Position numbers and translations under genes: made by a program. A stretch of DNA of 64,000 bases, from the NCBI GenBank assembly GCA_965113315.1, contig OZ220363.1. One strand, given 5' to 3'. Positions 1 to 12,600 of this stretch are shown here, in pieces. Every line of letters starts with the position of its first letter. Within the stretch, counting starts at the first letter, position 1. The notes under the pieces were generated by a model. That model searched no databases, was not told where the DNA came from, and was given only the letters and a program-made list of their open reading frames with translations. Source of the DNA: Podarcis vaucheri. Taxonomy: Eukaryota.

Positions 1-1688
1 AGGTACAGCATCTGGCTTGTTGGTGCAGTTCTAAAAGCCACAAAATGGGTGCTAGCAGTTTCTCACCTCTTGAAATTCAGAAGGTGACAGGCTTTTGGCT
101 GCAGGGCAGCAGTGTCACCACCTCTGCACACACTACTGATGGCGTATGCAAGAAGGGTGGGGGTGGGGCATCTGGAACAATAGTTAAGCAGGAAGAGGGA
201 TCCAGGAAGCACTTCCTCTTGCAGCTCAACTCATTGGTAGCTGGAAGCTGGCCTTGATCTGTAACAATCAGATCAGCAGAACACCAGCTTTAACGCCCTG
301 TGACCTCAGCCATACAAGGAAGGTTAATGTTTTTTTTACAGGCAGAATTCTCTGGCTCGCTCCTGACTTGGTTTTAAGCTCCCCCCCCTTTAAACCATGT
401 AGAACTTAAGGCTCTCAAAAAGTCCCTTAGGTTCTAACCTAGAATGCAGGCCAGTCTCTGACCAAAGGCTACACTAGAGAGGAGGCTGTACTTTTTCAAA
501 GTGCAGATGGGGACAATCCCATTTTAAAAGTTCCTGTGACAACAGCATCTTGCATGTAAGTTTAGCCATCTTGAGATGCAATGAAAATATGTTACAATTT
601 TCTTCCATTAAGGAATGGTAAGAAGACACCGCTGTTCGGCTTCACAGAACAGAAAGATCAGTGCTGCTTTATGGCTGTGGTTATAGTCCACCCCACTATT
701 GCTGATTGTGCAAAGCTACCTATACAGCAGCCAGTTGCCCTTTGTCACATTTGCAACAGGGATGGGGAACTTGTGACTCGCTCCTGTTGTTGGGCTCCCA
801 TCAGCCCCAGCCAGCACAGCCAATGGTTAAGGATAATGGGAGTTGTAGTTCAACATTTGGGAGGATGCATACAGGTTTCCCATTCCTGTTCTACTGCTTT
901 CAACCAATTAAACCTATTATTACCCTAATTTGCAGTGGATGGCAACACTGCTCTAGTAATTGCTATCTAGTCAGCAGTTCTTCAGTAAGAGCATACCTTT
1001 GCTATATATGCATAAACATCTCCCTGGAAATCACATTTCCCACAAGGGGAATGAAGTTGCTTTTAACAACCCTGCCTCCTAAGCACCCTTTTCACTACTA
1101 GCTAAGAAGTTATATTGTTCAGTGCCTCCCCCCCCCCACCCTCATGGAAGTAGCTTGCAGCGTGTCTTCTCTTCAGATTGGTCAAGATTTTGAAGACTTA
1201 ATGAAGAAGCCATGATCCCTTCAAGAGAAGAGGTAGGCAGGGCTGAGTTTTGCACCAAAGAAACTCAAATTCAGAGTCCAGAAAGCTAGATTGTGAACAC
1301 TCTTGTAGTGTATTGCCCAAATCAATGTGCGTCTAACGTCTCCAGCTGTAATTTATGCCACTTTCAGGCATCAGAGGTAGCTTTAAATTCACTGGATGTC
1401 CTGAAATTCTTTTAATATCCCTCTGCCTTAAGAAATATCACCAAGCATTGCCCAGCCATTTTACACCTATCCTTGCAGCCTTCATGTGTGCACCCAATAC
1501 CAAATTCTAAAGCTTTTTTGTGTTTGCATGGAATCAAAGCACATAACGTACAATCCTACTAGCAATTTTGCAAGCTACTGGCAATTTTCATCCAGCAGTT
1601 TAAACACACTTTAATTCTCCTCCCAAAGTACCAGTTTGGCCCACAAAGCTGCTTTTATACATGTGCTTAGGATGGTTGCAAAGTTGTG

Positions 1689-1694
1689 TTTATT
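1689..1694 (-). terminator. Candidate FNTB polyadenylation signal AATAAA
   Basis: AATAAA on the minus strand about 1.8 kb downstream of the stop; not verified. Confidence 0.35.
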
Positions 1695-3499
1695 TTAGCA
1701 GGGCCTGGCCTGGCCTGGCAGCTCAAGGTACAGGTGTGCAAAAGAGAAATGTCAGTGGAATGTACCAGCTTCCCAAAGGCTGAAAATGGAAGCCGGGAGG
1801 AGGGAAAAGGAGCCGGGAGAGGAAGAAAGCAGAAAGAGGAGCCAGGAGCAAACAAAGGAAAAATACCTTCCACTATGTTGTTCCCGCCTTCCTCCAGTGG
1901 CGATACCACTTAACAGTTATCTATATTCATCCCAAGATTAAGAGACAAATAGCAGCTGCTTGAAAAGTAAATTATAATTTCCAGCTGTTATATCTCCAAG
2001 CAACATCACCCTGCCCCATGCTATCTACATGTTGTGGGGAGGTTTGAAGCATGTTTGATCACATATAGGCTGTCTAGGTGAGAGCTGCCACCCTGGGTAT
2101 TCAGGGTTCCAGCTGAAAGGAACAGCCTGTGACCATTCAACAAGCTTCCATACCCTGCTTCAGACTTTCCCTCCATGCAAGAGGACAACCACAAGGCAAG
2201 CACACAGCCTCACTCTCACCGCACATGGTTACTTGCATGGAGCTAAAACCTCAAGCCCTGTTGCTGAGGCTGCCATGGTACTCATTATGGATAACAGTGG
2301 TTCTGCAGGTTATGTATTAGCCTGCTCTGCTTACGAAAGGCTAGGATTGTTTACCTCTTTGACGCCGTAATTCCTCCAAGAGTTCAGTTTACATATAGTT
2401 TCCAGGAAGGGTTCAATATCAGGGCTGCTTAGCTTCAACAGAAGTGTTGTGTGGCTTTAAGACACTGCTTAGAAGGAAGCGCTAATAAGCATGCCTTGAG
2501 AAAGCATTGCAAACTGTACAGTCCCAAAAGGAAAATGTTGTGATTTCCTTCCCAAACATGCAGATGAGCACCAAAGGGCCCTCCTAGCAGAAATACAAAT
2601 TAAAACCTTAAATGCAATTGCATCAAAAAGTTTTATGAATGGTCACAACTGGAAAGATAATAAGAAAGGAATTAGTTTATGTTTAATAAAATGCACAAAC
2701 GTTATTACATTGTCAGTCCTGCCACTAGGCAGGCTAGTACCAATATGCAAGGGAGGGGAAGAATTTTGCACAGAATCTTGCCAGTGGTCTCTTTTTTGCT
2801 TGATGCAGAGTGAGACCTTCAACACCACTTTATATAATGGAAAAGAGCTTAACACAAGGGGGGTATCCAAGACAGCACCCCTGGGATGTGCTCCAGCAGC
2901 CAACACACAACTAAGACAGTGTTGATGTGCACACTATTGACTCAGAATATGCTTACATTTTAAAGCCAGAGTCCCATGTCTTGGTTAGCAGTACTTGGAA
3001 TAGCTTCGGGGAGTATAAATGGACAGAATATATTGCCTGTAAGGGTATGGGATCAGGGCACCAACTCTGGCTAGGCCAGTAATCAGCCTATTAGGAAGCT
3101 GGCCCCACCACCCCCAAGATACTTAGCATAGTGCAAATGAAACAACAGAACTGGTTTGCCAGATGCTTAAGATACTAACATGCTGCATTGTTTCAGAACC
3201 AAAACTGCTCTTGCTTGCAAGGTGAGAGAGTGTCCCACGCAAATGAGCAGCCAGCATGTCTAACCGTGTGCCACCACACAGCCAATCTGCTACTAGGTCC
3301 TGAAAACTGATCAGGTTTTGGTATGGCTAGCAGAACTCTCTCAAAAGATGCACACACAAAAGTTGAGCCCAGTTTGAAAATAATCAAAAAGTTAGCTCCA
3401 GGGCCAGGGCCCCCCACAATGGCCAAGACGACTTGCAGTGCCATGCATTGAACGGCAGGACAAGGCACTGCACAGTGTCTACCCAGGCAGCAGCCCCCC

Positions 3500-3610
3500 T
3501 CAATTAGCAACAGGCTCCTCCTTTGTACTTGGAACAGGCTTCTTCAGGAAGTGCATCACGGCTTGCACCACTTTGTCGGGGGAGATGTTGTACACAGGGT
3601 GCGTAGGCTG
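3500..3610 (-). CDS. FNTB: FNTB exon 12 coding part (QPTHPVYNISPDKVV...EEPVAN*)
   Basis: Acceptor ccaacag; TGA stop at 3502-3500. Confidence 0.96.
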   Translation of the reverse strand, partial: QPTHPVYNISPDKVVQAVMHFLKKPVPSTKEEPVAN

Positions 3611-6600
3611 CTGTTGGAGGGAAGGAAACAAACAGGAATTAAAGGTGAAACTCTGTCTACTCTCACCAGTTCCATAGCAAGAGAAGCCAAGTCTGTCAAC
3701 TTAGGTAAGTTAATGAAAGCAAGTTATTTAAGGATATATTTCATGGCACTATGTATGGAGCTACAGGAGTCTGAAGCCCAGCATCCTGACCACTGAAAGA
3801 AGTTTTTATCAGCTCCGCTGTAGCTTTTGAGAGTTTACTAGAGGTTATCCACATATTTTCAACTTTGAAGGGGTCATTATCCTTGAGCAGTTGCCAAGGC
3901 CTCAGCACCAACCCCGGGCTCCTTCCCATTCTGCCACCACTTGCTTGCCAGCCGCTCAAGTGGGCAAGCAGCAACACCAGCAAGGAAACACAAAAACCCT
4001 GGCTCCCTGCCCTCCCCTCTAGCTGGAGGTAAGGATTGTTCCTTATCACTGCCTGCCTACCAGCTGTTGCAGTGACACAACAAAGGAAAGGGGTGGTTCC
4101 ACAGAAAGGGCATCTTGCCAAGCCCCGCCTCCCAAACCTGGAGCTGGCCTTGTTCAAGCCTCCATGAGGAGACATTCACTGCATCATCATCATCATCATA
4201 GCAGCACTGGGGCAATCTCACAAGAAAATGCTTCTAAAATATGCTAAAGTGGGATGGGATCTAGGATATACAATTGATTCAGAAGATTGGAAAAAGTTTT
4301 GGGGGGAAAACATAAATGTTATGGTCTGCAATTCAATAAGAGAGAATTATATGAAGATGCACCACAGATGGTATACGGCAGCAGACAGACTAGCAAAAAT
4401 GAATAGATTGATTATTAATAAATGTTGGAGATGCAATAAGATGAAGGGCACTCTATACCATATGTGGTGGACAAGTTCAGAGATCAAAAAATTCTGGGAA
4501 ATTATCCATGAAGAAATTAAAAAACTAATAAAGGTTTCATATAGCAAAAGGGCAGAAGCATATTTATTAGGAATTTTGAGTAAGGATATCCCCAAAGATA
4601 AAATTAACATATTCCTATACGCAACAACAGCAGCGAGAATGTTGGTGGCCAGTCACTGGAAAGGAAATAACATCCCAACAAAAAGGGAATGGTTAAGTAA
4701 ACTATGTGAATATCTGGAGTTAGCAAAATTGAAGGATATAATAAGGCATAAATCTAAAACTATGGTACAGAAACAATGGGAATGCTTAAAGGAATATTTA
4801 CACAAACAGGGATCAAACACGAAAGTTTGGTTGTGCTTAGACTAACCTTGTGAAGAATACAGAGAATACAAAGATTAGATAGACTATGAAAGAACTTAAG
4901 GAAAGGAAGTGACTGAAGAACAGATGTAAAGGTGAATTAGATAACCAAGAGACGTGTGGTGAATGCAGTGGAAGTATTTTATAAGATTTTAACTAGGATT
5001 TATATACTGTAATGCTTGAAGTATGAATTTGGAATTATTTCTCTTCATTATATTTTTTTGTTTGTTTCTTTTATTTTTCATCTTCTTTTCTAGTCTGCAT
5101 TCTGGAAAATTGTGTAGATAAATGTTTTTATGTACAGTTATGTATTGTTTCTATTTCTTTGTTTCTTTTGTTTTTTTTGTATCATTTAATAAAAATTAAT
5201 AAAAAGAAAAAAAGAGAAAATGCTTCTCTTCGAAATGTTCCCAGTGCAAGAGGGACATTTCCCCATGAGAGGAATAAGGAATGCACAATGAGAAGCAAAG
5301 TTCATAGTTCAAGGCTGTAATCATACTCGACGCATACCACACAGCAGGAGAATCTGGCTTGGGATGGAGGGTCATAGAAGAGAACGGGAAGGCTATGCCT
5401 GTTGAAAGCTCACAGACCAAAGGAAATCATATCTGGAGCTCACACTGCCTACGCAGAAAGACAAGAGCCTCAGCAAGCACCCCTCTTTCATTATACTTCC
5501 TATTCTGCCTTATACACATTGCTCTCTATCCCAAACCTCACTCCTTCCTCCTAACCTGTCAAGCCCTGTTATCTCAAACGCTGTGAAATTAAGCATCCAT
5601 AGCCAGATGTTGAAGATGGTCAGAAATAACAAATTTTGTGGCAATTTCCATATTTAAACACGTAGATAAATGCAATTTTCATTAGATTTCCTTGATGAAA
5701 TTTGGGAAATGAGATAGAACAGACTTGGAATGGATCGGAGCGGCACCTTCCTGGTCTGTGTCACTTTCACTTGGGTTCATTCCTAAGACACACACAAAAC
5801 ACACGCACAGCCACATCCTGGCATAGCTTACCAGGCGGTTCTCTGGCACTCCTAGCACTACTTCATGGAGAAGGTCCCCGCTGCCAAAATGCTGTGCTAT
5901 CGACAGCCCACTGAGGCAATAGCAGGTATGGTAAAAATCCCGGAACCTGGCGGTAGAAACATACACAAGGCTGAGGTGAGTGAGAAACTGGAAGCCCAAC
6001 GGTTCCACTTAGCCACCCTCTGGGGCACCCACTTGCTTCAGTGCAGGGTACCCAAAGCCCCAAGTTGGGTGCCAGATTAGTTTCCCGTAGTCGTCTTCTT
6101 TGTGATAGTCTTTCACCTTATAGTACAGTGGTACCTTGGTTCCCAAACGGCTTGGCTCCCAAACAAATCAGCTCCCAAACGCCACAAACACGGAAGTAAG
6201 TGTTCTGGCTTGCGAACTTTTTTTGGAAGCCGAACGTCCGTTTCAGCTGCTGGCATTGTTTCCGGGGCCAATCCGGGGCCTTGGTTTGCGAATGTTTTGG
6301 AAGTCGAAAGGACTTCCAGAACGAATTGAGTTTGGGAACCAAGGTACCACTGTACTTCTGTTGTTTAAAAAACTGCTTGTAAATTTAATCCCAGTCATGG
6401 GTATTCCTGCTGTATGCTTGAGCCACAAGTTGAAATTTTCTCAGTTAGGGTGACCAATGCTCACTTGCCCGGCTTGTCCAAGAGGCCCCCTGCAGGGCAC
6501 TGGCAGCATAGTAGGATGTATTCTTGAAGCGCTTCCTGGTCAAACATCCAGTGTGTCATACTGAGGGCAGAGTCACCTAAAAGGAACAAACACCCCAGTA

Positions 6601-9600
6601 AGAGGCTAACACTTCCACTGGAGAAAGAGCAGGCCAACAGGAAGACACCAAATGGAAGACTGCACTCCCTCCCTTTTTCCGCTTTGCAAGGGCGGCGCTA
6701 TGGCCACCCACTTCCTGGCCTTGTCCTCACAGAAGCCTTCCATTTTTGCTATCGGGCAGTCATTTCCTTGTTCCTTAATCTAATGGGAGAAAGCAAGTGT
6801 TCTCAGAGGACAGCAAGCAGATAAGAAGCAGCAGCTTGTGGAGGGGATGGAACAAGGAAAGGTGGAAGGGAAGCACACAAGGAGCATGTGCTGGCAGAGT
6901 TCATCTGAGGCAGTTAACCTAATAATAGAAATTCATTGCATCCTGCGAATAGAACTCTGTGTGTTGAAACTGTCTCCTACATCGGTGCAAAATGGTTCAT
7001 CTGGCTAGTATTCCAGCTCTGAGGTCCGACAGAAGAAGGTTGCAGAGTGTGCTTTCATTTTGCTTTTAAAAGCAACATAACCCCTGCTCCCTGCTATTGT
7101 CACTTTTAAACCGTTGCCAACTCCTACAGTGTTAGCGCAACAGGGATATTTAGGTACATGCTGGGCTGGTATGCCAAAGGAACCGGTAACCCTGCACAGA
7201 TATGCTTATAAACAAACCACCATGCCCCACATCGCTTCAGACTGGTCCTCTGACACTGGCCACATCCAGAGATTTCAGGAAGTTTTAAAATCACAGAGCA
7301 TCAAGCTAGCACTGTATGTTCAATAAGCGAGGAAAGCGTTGGAGATTTCCTTGTATGTATGGATGCCATGACTATACTGCTTAGTAACTAACCACAGCCC
7401 TATTTTTCCATAGATGAGTAGGTCCTTTTAAAATTAAATTATACCCTGATACATCTGTAAGCAGAGAGTTCTGTGGAGCAACTGTGCATTATAATATATA
7501 TATATTATATTATATATTATGTGTTGTTGTGTTAGATATCTTACCTATTATATTGCCCTCTTGCATCTAGTGGAGAGAGAGGCAAGAAAGGAGGGCATCC
7601 ACCCCTTTTGCTCATAAATCACCCTCCTAGGAACCCCCCTCCCCCAAAAAACCCACCCCAGTTTAGGGTGATGGTTGTGCATTAAAGTGCAGTTATTGCT
7701 TGGGTCCCTTTTGCCTCTCAGAGTGCAACTGTCACATCAGCTGCCCATCAGCTTCACAAAATCTCTGCAACGGCAGCAGTTAAGTGAAGGGGAGTTGGAA
7801 AGTTTGGCTGTGAAGGTGTGGGGAGGCAAGCATGAAAAAGCAGGTGAATGAGGGACATGGGGGGGGGGAGTGGAGGGCAAGTACTGAGGAAGAATGGCAC
7901 TGGCACTCTTTGACACAATGACAGTTTTCATAGGTCCCCCAACAGCTTTGTTATTTTCAGCCCTATGACATGTTGATGCTGGTTCTATTGTAACAGTGAA
8001 AGGGAGATTTTTTTTTTTAGTTTCCACAAGGACAGAGAATACAAATGCTGCAGTGGATCACATCTTGTGTCCTTGTGTCTTAAAGCTCACGCTAGGCTCT
8101 TCAAACGAAACACTCCACATCTAACAGTTTGGGGGTGAGAGGAAGCAAGTGAGAGGGGCAGCATACCTGGGGAATGGTGGACCAGCTTGCAGTGCTCAGA
8201 CTCACCTTTGGCATGCAGGGCTCGATGTAAGAGAGGCAGCAAGCCAGCCTGCCAGAATGAGTAGCAGCCATCTACCAGCTTGTTACAACGGCCCTGAAAC
8301 CCTCCTTCAAAACGCATCTGGCGGCTTGTAACCCAGTGCTAGCAGGAAGAGAAAGCAAACATCACTATTGCTCAGTGCAGCCACAGGACCTGCTACACCC
8401 AGCGGATATATCAATGGAGGGAGCCACAGACAACTGCAGTCCCCTAGCACAGTCTGAGGGCACACACCCGTCCCCCTGTCCCCTTCATGCTTCATGTGTT
8501 TCCTGCAGCAAAATCTAACATGTCCAGGTTGCCACGGAAAATATGAAGGGGTTTTCAATAATTAAACTAAACGAGGAAACAAGCGACCAAGCAAACCAAT
8601 AAAACTGGGAATGAGAAATTACTGTACGTTGGTGAACATCAAGAGATCATGTTTCTATCGTATGAATGGCCCAGAGATCCTGCCATTTCAGGTTTGAATC
8701 AAATTCTTTCTTTATTTCCCGGTGCTGCACGTATGCACGGTTACATGCCAGCTAATCACGCATCAGTGGGGGATGCCCGTATTTAAAGACAGTTACAGAC
8801 AAAATGGGGTTTCACGATATTATGAAATAATGTTAGAAATGGTACGTGTTTCTTTTTAATCAATTAATTCAGCGCTCAAGGGAATGATTATGAATATGTG
8901 CTGTGAATGTACAGACAGACACTTTTAGGGAGAGCATAAGAATGGAAGGGGCAGGGCAAAGGGGGAATCCCAATCCCAGATACTGAAATCCAGTGGGATC
9001 CTATGTTTTGGCATTGTGATGGCTATGACAGTGCCTTCTGCACTGATAAAGCTCCATTTAGAGTGCCTCTTCCACAAAGGAAAAGGGTTCCTTCATTTGT
9101 AGAAGAGGCGGCAAGGGATTTTCACTGGTTACTCTGTGCCACCCGCAATTCTGCTCTGAAGGGTCCCCTGACGCTCTGGAGCAGCTTTACGGGGAATGCT
9201 AAAATTCACTTCTCCACCCATGAACAGTGGTCTGCTCATGGGAGCTCTGGATATGAGCCATAGTGAATGTTGAAACAGCAGCACAGAGAGAATTAGAACC
9301 AGGCCTGGCAAATGGTTACTTACCAATAAGCTTTTCAGATTCAAGACATGCTCACTTTTCAGAATGACCAGCGCTGCCAGTCCACAGAAAGTGTACCCTC
9401 CGTGGGCCTCCATGCCAGGGACACCACCGATCCCACCCTCCCAGTTCTGACATCTAATGCAAAACACAAAAAGAGGAAGAAAAAAAACACAGGATATGTT
9501 TTGTTGTCCACAATACAACAATTATCTTCCTGCTCGTTCTCTAGACTCCTGCTGCTGGGCAGGTAACTACACTTAAACTTGGCAACCAAAGAAGCACTGG

Positions 9601-12600
9601 GTGTCCAAGGCCAAACAAGAGCTAAGTGTTTTCCTACCTTGCTATCCAGTCCGCTGTCCCTTCAAAGAGAGTTGGTGTGATGATGTTGGTAAGCGAAGCC
9701 ACCGATGCAGCACAATACGCACTCCTGAGATTTAAATATGAGACTATTTAACTTCTACACATGGATGAAGAATGATGCAAGCCGAGCTACTGATGTCAGG
9801 GAGACACCAGTCATATTAAACTGCACAATCCACCCAGCCATAACCGTAGAAATGTCACAAAGAGAGTACTTGGAAGTTAAGTCATTGTATACTCCAGACT
9901 TGGTTTTAATGTCTGAGCAAGCCTGAGAAGGCATTTGCTCAATGAAAACTCAATCAGCTTGTTGGTGAGGGTGGGAGGAGAGGGAGGGAGAGAGAGACCA
10001 TGTTTTGTTTGTTTTAAAATAAAATTACTCTGGATGAGGCTATTAGAATGGAAGGTACACCAGGAGCTAAATTCAGAAGAGTTTACCCCAGTGCATCCAT
10101 TTCTTTCCTTCCTTGATGCACCAAGGGACTGGTATCCTAGATTTATATTAGTAGCCAAGGAAAGATACTGAGCGGATTTCAATATTGTTAATTAAGACAG
10201 AAAAAGCCTTGCTCACAACATTATTCATTGAAATCCCAGGGGAAGAAAAATAAAGGTTACATTCTTCCCTGAAAGAAGAGCCAGAGCTTCATTTAAAATG
10301 GTTTGTCACAGCAAGCCACTGTACAAGTTGAAAAAGATTTTCTTCTTCAGCTTTAGATTCTGCTGCACCAAAACAAACTCTGGCCATGTCTGCCATTCTT
10401 TCCACATGCAAGCACTTCTCTTGAACTGCAGCCAAGGACTGCCTTTTCCTGCCCCCTAGAGGGGCAAGCCAGGAATATTTAACATCACTTACAGCTGAAA
10501 GAAGCAAATAATGGCTCCCATAATCTTCCTAACATTAGAAGCCAGGTTCTTATTCCTCCACTGAAGTTTAGCTACACTATTACAAAACAGGATTAATGCT
10601 TGCTGTGCTAAGACAAAACTCTCTACGAACACCATTGCTACAAAAATTTCATCAGAACCCAAAGCTGCTGCTGAGCATCACATGAAAGAAATACTTGAAA
10701 CATTTCCAACACACCTGACATCCACCTCTCCCCCTATGTGCATGATGAAGGAGCCATCAGGCTGCTTCAGGGAATACAAATAGTCCAGAAGCTTCTCTCT
10801 GAAAAAACAATAGAGAACATTTATCCCTATTAAGAGGGGGGGAAACAACTGAGATGCTGGAAGACCCAACCCACATGAATGAAAATGCGCTTCAGGATCA
10901 TCTAGGCCAGGGGTTTTCAGTTCTTCGCTGGCTGAGGAACCCCTCCAACATGTCATGATGTCCTATGGCAACCCAGCCCCCTCTCCCTACCAATAAGAGC
11001 CCCCCGCCAACTTTCCCTCCAAAAAAGCAGGTTCCACAACTTCTTCTGACTTTGTCCCCACCACGGTGTTTTCATGTTAAGGTAAAACCTGCTACTCCAT
11101 TGCCCTGGTGTACAAGCCTAAATAAAAGAAATACATCATCTCACACAACCTGCATGTTTGGACCCACAGCTCCCAGAGAGAGACTGGCTGGTGTCACATG
11201 ATGCACTATGGGACTAGATCAGGCTGTGTGTGACTTGTGGTCACTCCCACTCTTTTGAGTGGGGACGCCTGGCTGGTGCAAGATGGGAAAGTGATGTGTG
11301 CCTGAGGTGTACGTTGGAATGCCTAGCGATGAAAGTGGACTCCAAAGGTTCTGCAGAACCCTGGTTAAAAACATGAACCTGGACTAACCACCTAGATTCA
11401 TTTTTTCTAAATATGGAGCTAACCCTTCTCTAGCCCTGGAGTGCAAGAGAGGCCTGAGCGCCAAGAAGAGCTTTGCTCTCCTTGATTCAAAGCAAAGGAA
11501 GCTACCAACAAGTGGACGGGAGGCAGTGTGGTGGATGTAGACACCAAGCAGCACATTGTGGCAAAGGCTGTGTTGGAAAAGGGCCACCAGTCCAGCTTAC
11601 CAGCTAACCTTTCTTCTTCAGCAAGTAGGAAGGCTGAAGAGGGGGACAGTGCTGGCAGACATTGCTCAAGAATGCTTCAGGCTTCACCTAACATCTTGGA
11701 TCTGAGGGGGTCCCTCCTACGATTTTACCTGTTGATAACACTGTATGCCTCTTCAGTCCCAATAATGCAGAGAGCATTGACGGCTGCGTACGTTGGAGCA
11801 AGATGTGGGTACTGGTTTGGTCCCCCTCCAAAGCCTCCGCTGGGGCTCTGACAGCGGCTCAGGAACTGGCACACACTAGGCACAGAGGAAAGACCAAAGG
11901 CAAGCTTAGTTTTTATAAGCAAGAAGCATTTAAACACAAAACAAGCAGCACAGGGCCTTCCCGGGCTAAGAAATAAGGACCGCAGCTCTTATACTAGCAG
12001 CAGTGTTTGACACTGCGCCAGTGGCACTACAGTCCATTGTCACATTGCGCAGAAGGAAGGGGGAAAATGAAGCAAATGTACAACTCAGACACTAAATGAA
12101 TTGGGTTGGATCTGGAGAAGCTGGACTCCGGTCAAATAATGAGGCTCTCGCACTTCCCTTGGCAGCCGTGTCCACATAAATCCCCCAACACACCAGAAGT
12201 TGCACCCAATAATCACAAATGGGATGAGGTACAGGAGAACTGCAGCAGAAAGCGAGGAACGCCTTGCACTTGCACGAAGGACCCCCTGGACTCTATGGAA
12301 GGGTCTCTCTCACCAGAGCCATCTAGCTGAATCTCAACAGCAGAACAAGCATTTTCCTCTGCTTTTGCTATGCTATTCCATTGTTTGTTATTGTTTTAAT
12401 CCCAATATACACAAAGGTCTGTTGCAGGCGCCCTTTCCCAGGCTCTTCCCCTGATCTATTTTGGGACAGAAGCTGCGTACATGGAAGGTCTTTGCGATCA
12501 AAGAAGGGTTTGTCTCTTCCCTGCCTTAAAATATTGATTTGGGGCATCATTTTAATGACCTCCTGTAATTTACTTTTACTTATTAAGAAACAAGAAACAC

